Of a stretch of 59,594 nucleotides of DNA, positions 1 to 13,337 are shown piece by piece. The stretch's first letter is position 1. Every line of letters starts with the position of its first letter. The notes under the pieces are model-generated. The model worked only from the letters and a program-made list of their open reading frames with translations, was not told the origin of the DNA and did not search any database. Source of the DNA: Mizuhopecten yessoensis (lineage: Eukaryota). The stretch is taken from assembly GCF_002113885.1 (NCBI RefSeq), contig NW_018404125.1:946891-1006484 (forward strand), written 5' to 3'. Both the position numbers and the translations under genes were made by a program.

Positions 1-88
1 CAGGGTCTAGTCCAGTGTGTGTTTGATCTCAGTGTCTAGTCCAGTGTGTTTGATCGTAGTGTCTAGTCCAGTGTGTGTTTGATCTCAA
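1..88. repeat. ~29-bp tandem repeat, 3 copies (array end, truncated by the window)
   Basis: agtgtctagtccagtgtgtgtttgatctc recurs three times. Confidence 0.85.
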
Positions 89-1180
89 GCTGTGGTTAGT
101 ATCGTACTGTTGAGTAGGTCAGGACTGCTGTTGTTAGTATCGTATATGTTAAGAAGATTTGATCCTAACCATTGAGAGATAACATCAGATAAAGCCTGGA
201 AACATTTTTTATTAGTTTTTGTCTAAAACAGATAAGTTTTTAGATTGCAAAGATTTAACATAAATAGAGGGTTATCATACTCCACATTGAATTTTTTCCC
301 ACTACCAATTTTTTGTCCTTTGGCCTTTGAAAACAATGTAGTGTCTTTTCTCTTCCATCATTGTAAAATTTTATAACCATATTGGTCACAATTTTAAACC
401 CCTTTTGGAGTTTTTTTCTCTTTTAAAAGGAAAAAAGTTCAAAATCTTATTGGAGTGAACATGTCCAGTTGTACAGAATGTGATTCAGTCTCCATGTAAA
501 TATATCTGTATGTACATTATTAAGACTTCCTGCACACTAAATTCCACACCTTCACACTCCTGTACTTATTATCATTATTTTCTACAGATGTTCCGATTGG
601 ACAGATACCTCTGTATGATAAACATGAAGATTTTGTTATAGTCTGGGTAGCGTGTTTATGCTAGCTGTAGTATGTAGTGCACCCACTCCTACAGATCCCC
701 TATATATAGCTACCACCTTTCTACCACCTACACAACAACCACCAGCTACATATTTCATGTTTTCCGCATCATCGTTCCTACATTTTGGACCCTGTTCAAA
801 AGACCATTTTTTACTTTCAGAAGAATACATTTTCTGTGTTTTGCATCGAATCCTCCACTAGAATATCGACAACATCCTAGACCAAGGGATGCCCGTTAAT
901 CTGTAACTGTTATAACCTAACTTATAATCTGGTTTAATGTTAATGGTTGGTAATACTACACAGCCCCGGCAAACCATTCTAAAATCACACAAACAACAAA
1001 TAAAGATCACAAAGGAATAATTATGGAGATCATCCTTTGAACAAATATATTTTTGGTATTTAAGGAAAATTAAACAAGGAACAAGTATGAAAATCACAAA
1101 AAGAAAAATCAAACAGGATGACAAAATAAGGACAAAATATGAAGATCACACATTCAGACAACTATAAGGGTCTATTAAGA

Positions 1181-1332
1181 AACAACTATGAGGATAACAC
1201 AAGGAACAACAATGAAGGTCACACAAGGAACAACTATGAAGGTCACTCAAGGAACAACTATGAAGGTCACTCAAGGAACTACTATGAAGGTCACTCAAGG
1301 AACTACTATCAAGGTCACTCAAGGAACTACTA
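1181..1332. repeat. 24-bp minisatellite, ~6 copies, interrupted by a transposon and resuming at 3156
   Basis: Unit aactatgaaggtcactcaaggaac; continues as tatcaaggtcac after 3155. Confidence 0.9.
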
Positions 1333-3155
1333 CAGACCCGTACACGTTCGCTGTTCCACTTTCAGCGTACCGTTTGCGTAGCATTTCCGTACCGTTTGCG
1401 TAGCACTTGCGTATCACTTGCGTAGCATTTCCGTAGTACTTCCGTACCATTACCGTAGCATTTCCGTAGCACTTGCGTAGCGTTTCCGGAGCACTTCCGT
1501 ATCGTTTCCGTAGCACTTGCGTCTACATCTTTCCATTTAAAAAGCGTTTGTTAAACGTTCGGTCGAAAATTTTACGGAATATATATTTGTCGAAGCGAAT
1601 TGTAAAAAAAACCCATTATAAACCGCATTGCGTGAAAATTATTCCAACCATCATAATAATCTGAAGGGAAAACCCCCACAAAAATGACGGTTTACACATA
1701 CATGGACGTAACAGCCCTCCTCCCATGGGCCTACTGTGTGTTCCCCACACCAGCATTTAGGCCTTAGGGGTAATTTAAATAACAGGCATACAGCTGGCTA
1801 TGTGGTAATGACGTCGACTTGTCCCTTGTTTAAGGTATAAACAATTTTAGTGTCCGTTATAAAGGTTGTTAGGGCAACATGACCACCCGCTGACAGATAC
1901 ATTTCTTTCAATATGATATCTACATACNNNNNNNNNNNNNNNNNNNNNNNNNNNNNNNNNNNNNNNNNNNNNNNNNNNNNNNNNNNNNNNNNNNNNNNNN
2001 NNNNNNNNNNNNNNNNNNNNNNNNNNNNNNNNNNNNNNNNNNNNNNNNNNNNNNNNNNNNNNNNNNNNNNNNNNNNNNNNNNNNNNNNNNNNNNNNNNNN
2101 NNNNNNNNNNNNNNNNNNNNNNNNNNNNNNNNNNNNNNNNNNNNNNNNNNNNNNNNNNNNNNNNNNNNNNNNNNNNNNNNNNNNNNNNNNNNNNNNNNNN
2201 NNNNNNNNNNNNNNNNNNNNNNNNNNNNNNNNNNNNNNNNNNNNNNNNNNNNNNNNNNNNNNNNNNNNNNNNNNNNNNNNNNNNNNNNNNNNNNNNNNNN
2301 NNNNNNNNNNNNNNNNNNNNNNNNNNNNNNNNNNNNNNNNNNNNNNNNNNNNNNNNNNNNNNNNNNNNNNNNNNNNNNNNNNNNNNNNNNNNNNNNNNNN
2401 NNNNNNNNNNNNNNNNNNNNNNNNNNNNNNNNNNNNNNNNNNNNNNNNNNNNNNNNNNNNNNNNNNNNNNNNNNNNNNNNNNNNNNNNNNNNNNNNNNNN
2501 NNNNNNNNNNNNNNNNNNNNNNNNNNNNNNNNNNNNNNNNNNNNNNNNNNNNNNNNNNNNNNNNNNNNNNNNNNNNNNNNNNNNNNNNNNNNNNNNNNNN
2601 NNNNNNNNNNNNNNNNNNNNNNNNNNNNNNNNNNNNNNNNNNNNNNNNNNNNNNNNNNNNNNNNNNNNNNNNNNNNNNNNNNNNNNNNNNNNNNNNNNNN
2701 NNNNNNNNNNNNNNNNNNNNNNNNNNNNNNNNNNNNNNNNNNNNNNNNNNNNNNNNNNNNNNNNNNNNNNNNNNNNNNNNNNNNNNNNNNNNNNNNNNNN
2801 NNNNNNNNNNNNNNNNNNNNNNNNNNCTCGTAGCCTACAGTGTACTGACGTTTCTTCCTATGCATTGTGGGTATGTTCGTTTCGTTTTAGATATTTTATA
2901 TGCTTCCGCTTTTTATGTAAACCCGTTCTTGTCACCACAAACGAATCACCGTTTGTAAGCGTCATCCGTAGCACTTCCGTACCGTTTGCGTAACACTTCC
3001 GTACCGTTTGCGTAGCACTTGCGTACCATTTCCGTACCGTTTACGTAGCACTTGCCTACCATTTCCGTACCATTTGCGTAGCATTTCCGTATCGTTTGCG
3101 TAGCACTTCCGTACCGTTTGCGTCCAAGGTGGAACAGCGAACGTGTACGCGTCTG
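1333..3155. mobile_element. TIR DNA transposon with TA target-site duplication (Tc1/mariner-like; probably non-autonomous/MITE)
   Basis: 27-bp TIRs: cagacccgtacacgttcgctgttccac (1333-1359) and gtggaacagcgaacgtgtacgcgtctg (3129-3155), 1 mismatch. TA flanks both sides (1331-1332, 3156-3157). Removing the element restores ggaactactatcaaggtcac, identical to the preceding minisatellite unit. Subterminal 11-bp repeats. Interior partly N gap. Confidence 0.88.
1928..2826. other. Assembly gap (N run)
   Basis: Run of n. Confidence 1.
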
Positions 3156-3805
3156 TATCAAGGTCACCTAAGAAAATACTTCGAAGATCAAACATAGAAC
3201 AAGCACAGGTGATATACAGGTAGCACTCATCATTAATGAGTGTGTCCCAATTGAGATAGAGTATTCCCACCAATAGATGACCATCAGCATATAAGCCAAA
3301 CAAAACTTGTTATCAGCTTCTTCACAACTATAAATAACTTGATACAGGATAACTTGTCAGTGGGATACTAAATACCATCTTACTCACAGAAGATTTCCTG
3401 TTGTTATTTTCATGAATAAATAACATATACATCATAATGTTTCGTCCATTAAGCCCAGTAAAGCACATGGGGTCACATCTGTGGATAGCATGGACAGAAA
3501 ATCTGAACTTCAGCCAAAGTATATGAACAGCAAGAAGCTTGGAAACATATCAGGGGCAGATAACTGTTGTAAATTACTTATTCCGCAGCCTTGTCCCGAA
3601 AAGGGAACCTTTATTAGAACTGTTATGATTTCAGTTACAATATATCTCATATATGAAAGATAACAGGCTGAATCCACAAACAACTTTCAGTTTATATTGA
3701 AATATTTCAATCACTTAACTATAGCAAATCAGATCAGCTAGTATTCCTATTGATAAACAGACTTCCTTATAGTTAAGGCCAAAACACCAACCTTTGAAGC
3801 ACATT

Positions 3806-4146
3806 TAATAATAATTAGAGGTTCTTATATACCCTTTTACCTAGATCGTAGGTCGTCTCAAAGCGGTTCAAAAACTATTATCCATGGTTATGGGGCCTTT
3901 GCAACCAGCCAATATCTTTCTCGACTTCCTGGGGAGCATACAGCCAGAGCTGCCATTTTGGCGCTCACAGCTAGCATTCAACAATTCCACCACTGCCCAA
4001 CCACATACTCATTTACAGCTGAGTAGACTGGAACAAACGGAGTAAAGTATCTTATTCAAGGATACAACACCGTGCCATGACGTGACTTGAACCCGCAACC
4101 ATTCAGTCGTGAGCCCGGCGTCCTACCACTAGACTACTGTGCCTCC
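3806..4146 (-). mobile_element. tRNA-derived SINE, CORE-like central domain, L2-like 3' tail
   Basis: Minus strand: ggaggcacagTAGTCTAGTGG (A box) ... GGTTCAAGTC (B box). Then gtatccttgaataagatacttt...cagctgtaaatgagta resembling the CORE domain, a cgctttgag...gggtatataag tail and a terminal (TTA)n. Confidence 0.8.
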
Positions 4147-4542
4147 TCACTTCATAAATCCACATGAGATACATAATGTTCTCAATTTGGTCAATTTCTA
4201 TTTCAAGTACCTTTACCACCTCGATAGAATCAGAGTAATTTATTGGGGGATTCTCAGTATTATCAAAACCCATGTTTCAGTTGGAATGAATGTACTGAAT
4301 GCTCCTTTCAATAACACCTTTATGTAAATGCAAATGAGGTCTACCCCACAATGTGACAGTCTTGCATGCTAGTATATATAGAAATAGATTCAAAACATTA
4401 GGTATATTCATTTACGGTAAATATCAAAAAAGATAGATATATACACTTAAGCAAATATCCTCAAGTTTTTAATGAACATTTAAAAAAAACTAGAAGTGAT
4501 ATCTGAATAATAATAAATAATATAGAAACATTGACTACTTAC

Positions 4543-4565
4543 AGAAATACAGAAGACCTCTTGGC
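4543..4565 (-). CDS. Candidate 23-nt microexon (G)QEVFCIS of the minus-strand gene
   Basis: tatatctcttcag|GCCAAGAGGTCTTCTGTATTTCT|gtaagt. Open when entered in phase 1, which matches the upstream phase-1 donors. Could be chance. Confidence 0.25.
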
Positions 4566-4664
4566 CTGAAGAGATATACAGGGACTACCTGTTTACTGAA
4601 TGCTAAGACACAGGAACACAACCTCAATGGGAAATAATTAAAATTTGACCTCTGTTACACAGCA

Positions 4665-6168
4665 AAATCTCTAATGGACCAGAGTGACAGGAACCAGTCT
4701 CTACTGGACCTGTGTGACAGGAGACAAACTCTACTGGACCTGTGTGACAGGAAACAAACTCTACTGGACCTTTGTGACAGGAGACAATCTCTAATGGACC
4801 TGTGTGACAGGAGACAATACCTACTGGACCTGTGTGACAGGGGACAAACTCTACTGGACCTGTGTGACAGGAAACAAACTCTACTGGACCTTTGTGACAG
4901 GAGACAATCTCTATTGGACCTGTGTGACAGGAGACAATACCTACTGGACCTGTGTGACAGGGGACAAACTCTACTGGACCTGTGTGACAGGAGACAATCT
5001 CTAATGGGCCTGTGTGACAGGAGACAAACTCTACTGGACCTGTGTGACAGGATACAATCTCTACTGGACCTGTGTGACAGGAAACAAGCTCTACTGGACC
5101 TTTGTGACAGGAGACAATCTCTATTGGACCTGTGTGACAGGAGACAATACCTACTGGACCTGTGTGACAGGGGACAATATCTAATGGACCTGTGTGACAG
5201 GGGACAATCTCTAATGGACCTGTGTGACAGGGGACAATCTCTACTGGACCTGTGTGATAGGGGACAATATCTACTGGACCTGTGTGAGAGGGGACAATAT
5301 CTACTGGACCTGTGTGATAGGGGATAATATCTACTGGACCTGTGTGACAGGAGACAATCTCTAATGGACCTGTGTGACAGGAGACAATATCTACTGGACC
5401 TGTGTGAGAGGGGACAATATCTACTGGACCTGTGTGACAGGGGACAATCTCTAATGGACCTGTGTGACAGGGGACAATCTCTGCTGGACCTGTGTGACAG
5501 GGGACAATATCTACTGGACCTGTGTGTTAGGGGACAATATCTACTGGACCTGTGTGATAGGGGACAATATCTACTGGACCTGTGTGACAGGAGACCATAT
5601 CTACTGGACCTGTGTGATAGGGGACAATATCTCCTGGACCTGTGTGATAGGGGACAATATCTACTGGACCTGTGTGATAGGGGACAATATCTACTGGACC
5701 TGTGTGACAGGAGACAATATCTACTGGACCTGTGTGATAGGGGACAATCTCTAATGGACCTGTGTGACAGGGGACAATATCTACTGGACCTGTGTGACAG
5801 GAGACAATATCTACTGGACCTGTGTGACAGGAGACAATCTCTACTGGACCTGTGTGACAGGGGACAATCTCTACTGGACCTGTGTGACAGGAGACAATCT
5901 CTACTGGACCTGTGTGACAGGAGACAATCTCTACTGGACCTGTGTGACAGGGGACAATCTCTACTGGATCTGTGTGACAGGAGATAACCTATACTGGACC
6001 TGTGTGACAGGGTACAATCTCTACTGGACCTGTGTGACAGGAGATAACCTATACTGGACCTGTGTGACAGGAGACAAACTCTACTGGACCTGTGTGACAG
6101 GGGACAATCTATACTGGACCCGTGTGACAGGAGACAAACTCTACAGGACCTGTGTGACAGGAGGCAAT
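4665..6168. repeat. 30-bp minisatellite, ~50 diverged copies
   Basis: Unit ctactggacctgtgtgacaggagacaatct; produces the ORFs (DLCDRGQYLL)n and (LSHRSSRYCP)n. Confidence 0.97.
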
Positions 6169-9100
6169 TTTCACTGTACTTTGAAAATGCAATATCTATT
6201 TGATAAATGTTTGTATACAACAGATCTAGATCTATTGATAACCATAAAACAGCAGAAATAAGTCAACTGAATTTTAAGAACATTTACTTCGTAACTTTAC
6301 AGGTAAGACTGCAGGTAAGTAAAGACCGAGTATTATTTACCGGTATTGACTTTCAATAAAGGTCCTTGGAATAAAAGATCACCAATGAATGTGTACCTTG
6401 TGCATGTATATGTATATAAACATTTTTACATAAAAGACATGGAAAAGATATAACTAAAGTAAGGTGGTCACGTAAACTTAATTTGGACATTACAACATGA
6501 CTTGAATATTCAAGTCTGTCTACCCAGAGAAATGACACTCTTAATACAAACACAATGGCTCAATGTTCAATAGTGGAGCCAGAGACTGTGAGATCAATCT
6601 GGGAGTGTTACAAATTGCCTGTGTGTATAGGTGGTTGGGGTGGTGTCAAAATTTTAAGAAAAAAGAAACCTTGAGGAAAAAAAATTCTGAAATTCCTGGA
6701 GGAGGATGGGGTGGATGGTGGAAGGAGTTCAGGTCAAATATATATGGTTGCTGAAGAAATCCCTCTCAGTCTGGTGTGTGTTTGTAGGCGGGAGGGGATG
6801 AGGGAGTTGTTCCTAAAACCCAGAAAAAATTCTCCAGATCTGCTACTACTCCGTACAGGTAAATTTGAAATATAAATCAGTTCAAATATTAACATTACAC
6901 ATCTTTTCCTATGAGCAAATACATATTATGGAAATCTAAAGAAAATATTTGTCTTCAACAGTTTGTTTTTGATCAATCTACAGCGACTAGACAGCCTGAT
7001 ATCTGATGTTATAATGGATGTTAGCTACATCACACTAGGACAGTGTGTGTATAACCCTACTGCCACCCCCAACACACACAGGCTGATCAAATCAAGCTAT
7101 AGCTACTACATGTGTCTGAATTAGGGGGACATGGTAGATAATTCAACACATAATCTGTATAATCCCTGTGATGTAGCGCAGACAGATCATGGCCTGATCT
7201 CGCCAGAGAGAATGAAAGATTATGTCATTACACTAAACATGTACCGCATATTTTAGTCATTTTTTCCGCAATATTGCAATAGTGTAAGTTCTCACACAAG
7301 TTCTGTAAAATACCTTTAACACTTGAACATCTAATAATGATTTTCGTCAGTAATGTTTTTCGTTCTGGATACAAACCTGTCAGCCTAGTAATTTATTAGA
7401 ATAGATCCTGTCTGACACATTCATAACAGTGGTGAAGTTAAATTTTCTCTATTTACTCATGCATGACACACAAAACAGCCATATATACTAATCATGATGA
7501 TGTATCAATATACTGTTTACCTGACATAGTGGTCGTGTATGATCAATCTCTATCACACTCTATTCCAGTGATATTCCGTAACGATCCAGCGATTCTCACG
7601 ATAATTCCCACAATATAATGTTTACTCCGTATAACTCCTCGATTTGATTTTGTATCGGACACAGACTTTGTAAATAGGTTTCCAGAGGACACAGACTGGG
7701 GTAGGCAGGTATCTGGTAATATAGACTTCCTAGCAGATACACATAATGGTCTGTATAGTCAATGAATGGTGCTGTGATGTCCTATACACTGAGCACACAC
7801 ACCATTACACACTTGCTTTCTCACAGTTTACATATGAGAATCTTGAGCAGGGATGGCCAGTTGAGTTTGTGAAATGGCTAACTTTGCAGTACAGGTATTA
7901 ATAAGACTATACCCTACCAGACGAACTAACACACACCAGTTCTGATCAGACCTCAATCATCTGCTACTAGTATAGTGAACGTTGAACTTTGACCTTCTTG
8001 GAGGCCCCTTAGGTTGTACATAATTAATTTTCCGTTTTCAATAACAGCAGGTTTGAGAGTCCCGTCAGTGCTGTTATCATATAAAGTAATGGTGCACAAA
8101 AACCCTTTAGGCTTGTTTTTCCTTTCAGGGGGGAAAACAATTGAACTTGTACAATATCTTCTCCAGACTTTTCTTAGAACTGGGATGTCTGCATGCAACC
8201 TATATTAAAATATCCAAATGTGCACACACATCTCCTGGCTCTCTATACGTTCTGTAAGTCTGAACAGTCACAGCATAGTGTATGATTTGAAAGTGTCGTC
8301 TGCTAGTTCTCAGAATTTATATATATCCACCCCTCCACTGAAATTTGTTCCACTGATATTGCTACCTGTGAAAATACATCCAGGTCTCAACACGTTCACA
8401 GGTGTAATAGTATCTGCCAAAAATTATGTCGATTCTCTAAAGGAGAAATAGCAGCATAATGTGTTACAGTGATCAGACAGATGGCACTTTCATCAATAAG
8501 GAATGTATCTTGTCATAGCTCAACTGTCTGTGGCGGCTTGAACAATATCACAAGTTACAGTGTAATGGAAATCCACAGATGCACAGCATAAATACCAAAG
8601 TAATATAATCTGTCCCTTTACGGAATCCTCAATATACGTTATCCATCCTCGCGAAAACTCACATGTATTTTCCAGTCTTTAGAGAGTTGTATTGGTTGTT
8701 ATTGATTTCTCCACATCAGTACACATTCACATTTCCATGCCACTGTTGGGTCAGGATTGGAAAACAAGTTAGCCAGAATAGCCGAGCTCTTAATAATCCA
8801 AAACCGTACATGTAGAATGATCATATCCTGTGAATTACGGCTGATAAATCATACCTTCATATTTAACCTTGATGCTTTATCGGCTTTAAAATCTGAGAAT
8901 ATGATAGCGTATCTGATACAGGGCCTGCCACCGTTTAGTATCTTTGTTCACGAAAGATCTGGCCAGTATCAAAAAACCTTCAAAAGGCTCACGCCATAAT
9001 AGGCTTACCAGACACCAGTAAAGGAATGCATCCATACTTACATCCCATAATAATCACCCGTTTACTCCTCAAAGCTACCTCCCTAACAGTAACAGAAAAC

Positions 9101-10802
9101 AGCTTTTATTAAGAAAACAACAGCAGCATAACAATAAGAATGCATGTGTACTGCATCAATAAATCCACTGTGCATACAACACGGTGTTTATCCTTGTTAC
9201 CTCGTTTGATGGTGGTGTATTTCCTGTTCATAATAAATTGGTCATAGATCCAGAACTTTTGAGGCAAACAAACCTTGTTCTGCCATCAGGACTCCCGACT
9301 GAAACCAGACCCCCTGGTTATGATAAAGTAAACTTACTAATTAGACCTAGACATTAATTACCTTCACCTGTAGGTGTGTGTTTACATGGACCTGTGGGGG
9401 GATGAGTCAATTATTATGTAAATATGAAGAGATTTCAAAATTCAGAATTGTAGAATTTCCCATTAAACCTATACATGACAGACTTTAATGGTGCTTAACT
9501 AGTCTTTTATCAGTAGTACCATGTATATATCACATTATGATCACTGTATAGGTGGTTTCCAGAGTCAACCAAATTTCACAAATGAGTCTCCATGACAACA
9601 TCCATTTTGCAATGACATTATAAGACGGTTCAGCAACAGATAACAGCAGTAAACGATCCCTATAAGAACACAATAAACAAGCTTTTAAGATTTCCCCCAG
9701 GATTCCTGAAATGTCCCCCATCATTGATTGTTTCGTCTTAATAAAAGAGATCTGACTCTCAGTGAAAAACTGAATCTGAGAATTACTGGCGCCATTAAGG
9801 AAAGTAGGTCGATTGTGTGAAGAGATGCTGGGTAACAAATCTATCAAGGGGAAGTAACCCATGGGAATATGCACTTCTCCCTGGTCCTGTTCCCCTTAAC
9901 ATTTATCAGGCACTATGTGTAACCTTCTAACCAGAGATAACCCAGTCTAGGTATACCACTACTGTAAGTATATATATTCTCAGTGCTTTCTGTTGTGTGA
10001 AAACTGATTAAAGTTGGAGGAGAAAGGATGTTTGGCATGCAGTGAATATCCAATCTACCTCCCAATCTATGTCAGAGAATGATAGATCAGCACCTCAGGG
10101 TCCAGTGTGTACTCACCAAGGTACTGCAAGCTGTTTACTTGCCAATGTACTGTTAAGCATATACCGTAATTATCCTGAAGAGCAATACCAAGCTAAATAC
10201 TGTTAATGAATTTAAACCCAGTTTATACATCTACAACCAAAAGGGCCTTGATAGAAAGGGCACAATTGATCAAAGTTGACTTGAAAACCGCAAATATAAA
10301 CAGAAAGAGAAAACAATAGACTTGATTATCATCAAGATAAACTTGAAAACAGTAGACTTTATTATCATCAAGGTAAACTTAGAAAGCAAAGATTCCTAAA
10401 CATTTTGATACTGAATTGTCATGCTCAATCATGAGTTAAGTCATATTTTAGTTGTTTTTCATAAACTTTGTGAAAAGAAATATGTCTTTTAAACTGTAAT
10501 TTTTTTTTAATTCCATTTGTATATTAGCATTTCAATTCCCAAGATAGGCTATCATATACTAAGATAAATCTAATAATTACAGTTTTTTGTGTACAGACAC
10601 AAACTCAACAGACCTACATTTATTACACCTGTATGAATGTCCAAGGTTAACAAATTTCTACCTGTGACTGTATATATACCCGGAGGTAAGAGATAGCTGT
10701 TACAGGTAACAGATGGTTATACCTTACAGGCTGACCAGGTGTATTGCTTTGGTATGAAATATAGATGGCATTAGTAACACCGTGTATGGTGCGGCAGCGC
10801 AA

Positions 10803-11431
10803 TGTCAGCATCACCGAGGGCAATACTGTAAAGCTTGTCAGCATCACCGAGGGCAATACTGTAAAGCTCATCAGCATCACCGTGGGCAATAATGTAAAGC
10901 TCGTCAGCATCACAGAGGGCAATACTGTAAAGCTCGTCAGCATCACCGAGGGCAACACTGTAAAGCTCGTCAGCATCACCGTGGGCAATACTGTAAAGCT
11001 CGTCAGCATCACCGAGGGCAATACTGTAAAGCTCGTCAGCATCACCGAGGGCAATACTGTAAAGCTCGTCAGCATCACCGAGGGCAATACTGTAAAGCTC
11101 GTCAGCATCACCGAGGGCAATACTGTAAAGCTCGTCAGCATCACCGAGGGCAATACTGTAAAGCTCGTCAGCATCACCGAGGGCAATACTGTAAAGCTCG
11201 TCAGCATCACCGAGGGCAATACTGTAAAGCTCGTCAGCATCACCGAGGGCAATACTGTAAAGCTCGTCAGCATCACCGAGGGCAATACTGTAAAGCTCGT
11301 CAGCATCACCGAGGGCAATACTGTAAAGCTCGTCAGCATCACCGAGGGCAATACTGTAAAGCTCGTCAGCATCACCGAGGGCAATACTGTAAAGCTCGTC
11401 AGCATCACCGAGGGCAATACTATAAAGCTCT
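10803..11431. repeat. 33-bp minisatellite, ~19 copies
   Basis: Unit gtcagcatcaccgagggcaatactgtaaagctc; ORFs on both strands follow from the repeat. Confidence 0.97.
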
Positions 11432-13264
11432 TCAACTTCTTGGGTCTACAATGCTTGTTGGTTTAACTAAACAAGGCAAATGCAGGATCCTTTTTTACCA
11501 GATTTCCATAACGTAACCTTTAGATTTTTTTATATGCAATCTGTCCTTGTTACTGTTCCATGACTTAAATGAAACAGACTATAACTGATGCATGATGTAG
11601 ATCAAAGAGGAACAGTTTTTGGTGTGTCGTAATGATTTGTGGTCAATAATCGTTATGTACTTTTGATATCTCTTTTTGTAATTGTTTGGTGCACTCAGTT
11701 GTAATGTATTTCTGTTACTTTTCATAGTTTTCCTTTTTTTCGCTGAAAATCTGTTACCATGACTATCAATGATTTTAAGATCCAGATGAATATAAGGCCC
11801 TTTACAGTCTGTCAGGATAACAAGGCAATCAGTTGATTTATACAGCAATAAATAGCCAAAAGGATTCTTTTTTTTCTTTTCCTGCCCTTGTGTACCTAAT
11901 TTATAAAGAATAACAAAAAGAATAACTTAGAATCAAAATTCAATTCTCAAAGGAATTTGAGTTTTTCTGTTGACGTCTCCTAATGGTGTCGCTAGTTTGA
12001 CTTATCGTGGAGTGAAAACCAATGCCGATACTTATCACTCATTTAAAATTGAGCTTTGATGGACAGACCCCAATGTACATGTTGCTGGGGCCAGAACAAG
12101 ACTTCCTGCGGTTTCTGTGTAGGGGGGACGATGGTGCTGTCATAACTGTGACTGTGTTGCTGCTATAATATCACTGAGGAGATGGTGATCTGAGATTCCT
12201 GCAACATACCACCCCCATGAATGTCATCTGCCATTACACGTCGCCCCCCACCGGGGAAATGGCATACCTATACCCCTGTACACATCACAACCTGTGCACG
12301 CTTGTTCCCCAACAAGCCAAGAAATTTGCTAAATATCTGTGCCAGGTTTGGATGACCAATTTCACAAAAAAATTGAAGAAACTGAGAAATTGGAATGTAC
12401 AAGATAAATTTTAACTCTTACATACATTCAATTCTTTAAAAAGATACAATATTCATATGATCGTTCCATACCAAGGACAGATTCAAAATACCAACATACT
12501 AATGAAACTTTTGATTTTCAATGGCTCCAAAAGTCCAGATCAAGATATTTTTCTGAACATTTTGGCTGCTTTAAAGATTAATTTCAAGTAAAAAACCTGA
12601 AACCTCAATTCTTCAAAAATGTTGACAATAAACGAATCTAGAAAGGTTTGTAACCTTTCAATGGTTAAAGGTGAACAAAAATTCCACACTTGAGTGTCAC
12701 TGAAATTACAAAACGTTACCGCCCTAGCTCCACCCTAACTCCACTATACATCTAGAGCATTACAAAACGTTTCCGCCCTAACTCACTATACATCAATAGC
12801 TACCATGTCTGCAGTGACGGGGAGAAGATAAGTGGATTCAGCAAGCTATATATCCTTCATAAAAAGAACATGAAAGTTCTGTCAAGTTCATTTTATCAGT
12901 AAAACTGATACAAACCTTATACCTCCAATATCCACTAATTCAAACATAATACTATCCATTGATATGCACGTTCCCTGATTAATTCCATACATATTGCCTT
13001 AAAACGATCTGCCTTTGTTTCATGAACAGCCTTTGTAATAAAAGCAAATTGACGATAATTTGCCAGAGGTATGTCATAAAAATTCCTCTACCTGCAAACA
13101 AGCTTGCTTCAACACTCTGCACATTTAATACGCAACATCCTTCAGCAGCTTCGCAGTTTGCAATCCAGACACTTAATAGTTCCATTTTCCTTTGAATCAG
13201 ACATAATTTGGCTTTGTATCACCATTGGTTGATAATTTGAATAAAATAGTTGGTTTAGACTTAC

Positions 13265-13337
13265 CGTTTTTGGTCGTGGTCGTTTCCTGTGTCTTGGTCT
13301 TCACAGTCTTGTTGTCCTTTTGTTCCGTCACTACCTC
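13265..13337 (-). CDS. Candidate coding exon EVVTEQKDNKTVKTKTQETTTTKN(G); may extend 5' to ATG 13400 (MSFRAGLKPVSK...) as an alternative first exon
   Basis: tttcttctaaattcaaacag|GAG acceptor in phase 0; AAC G|gtaagt consensus donor in phase 1; protein-like polar composition. Confidence 0.6.

Noticed and set aside
1798-2865. Long ORFs of X residues (also 40981-41304 and 49337-50261)
   Set aside because: Artefacts of translating N gaps
4075-4146. tRNA gene
   Set aside because: Degenerate tRNA-like head continuing directly into a SINE body; no convincing acceptor stem or terminator
7953-8198. 81-aa minus ORF as an exon or transposase fragment
   Set aside because: The nearby AG would require phase 2, which does not match upstream donors; no recognisable motif; flanking frames are full of stops
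10647-11466. 262-aa and 233-aa ORFs on opposite strands
   Set aside because: Both follow from a 33-bp repeat that is stop-free on both strands
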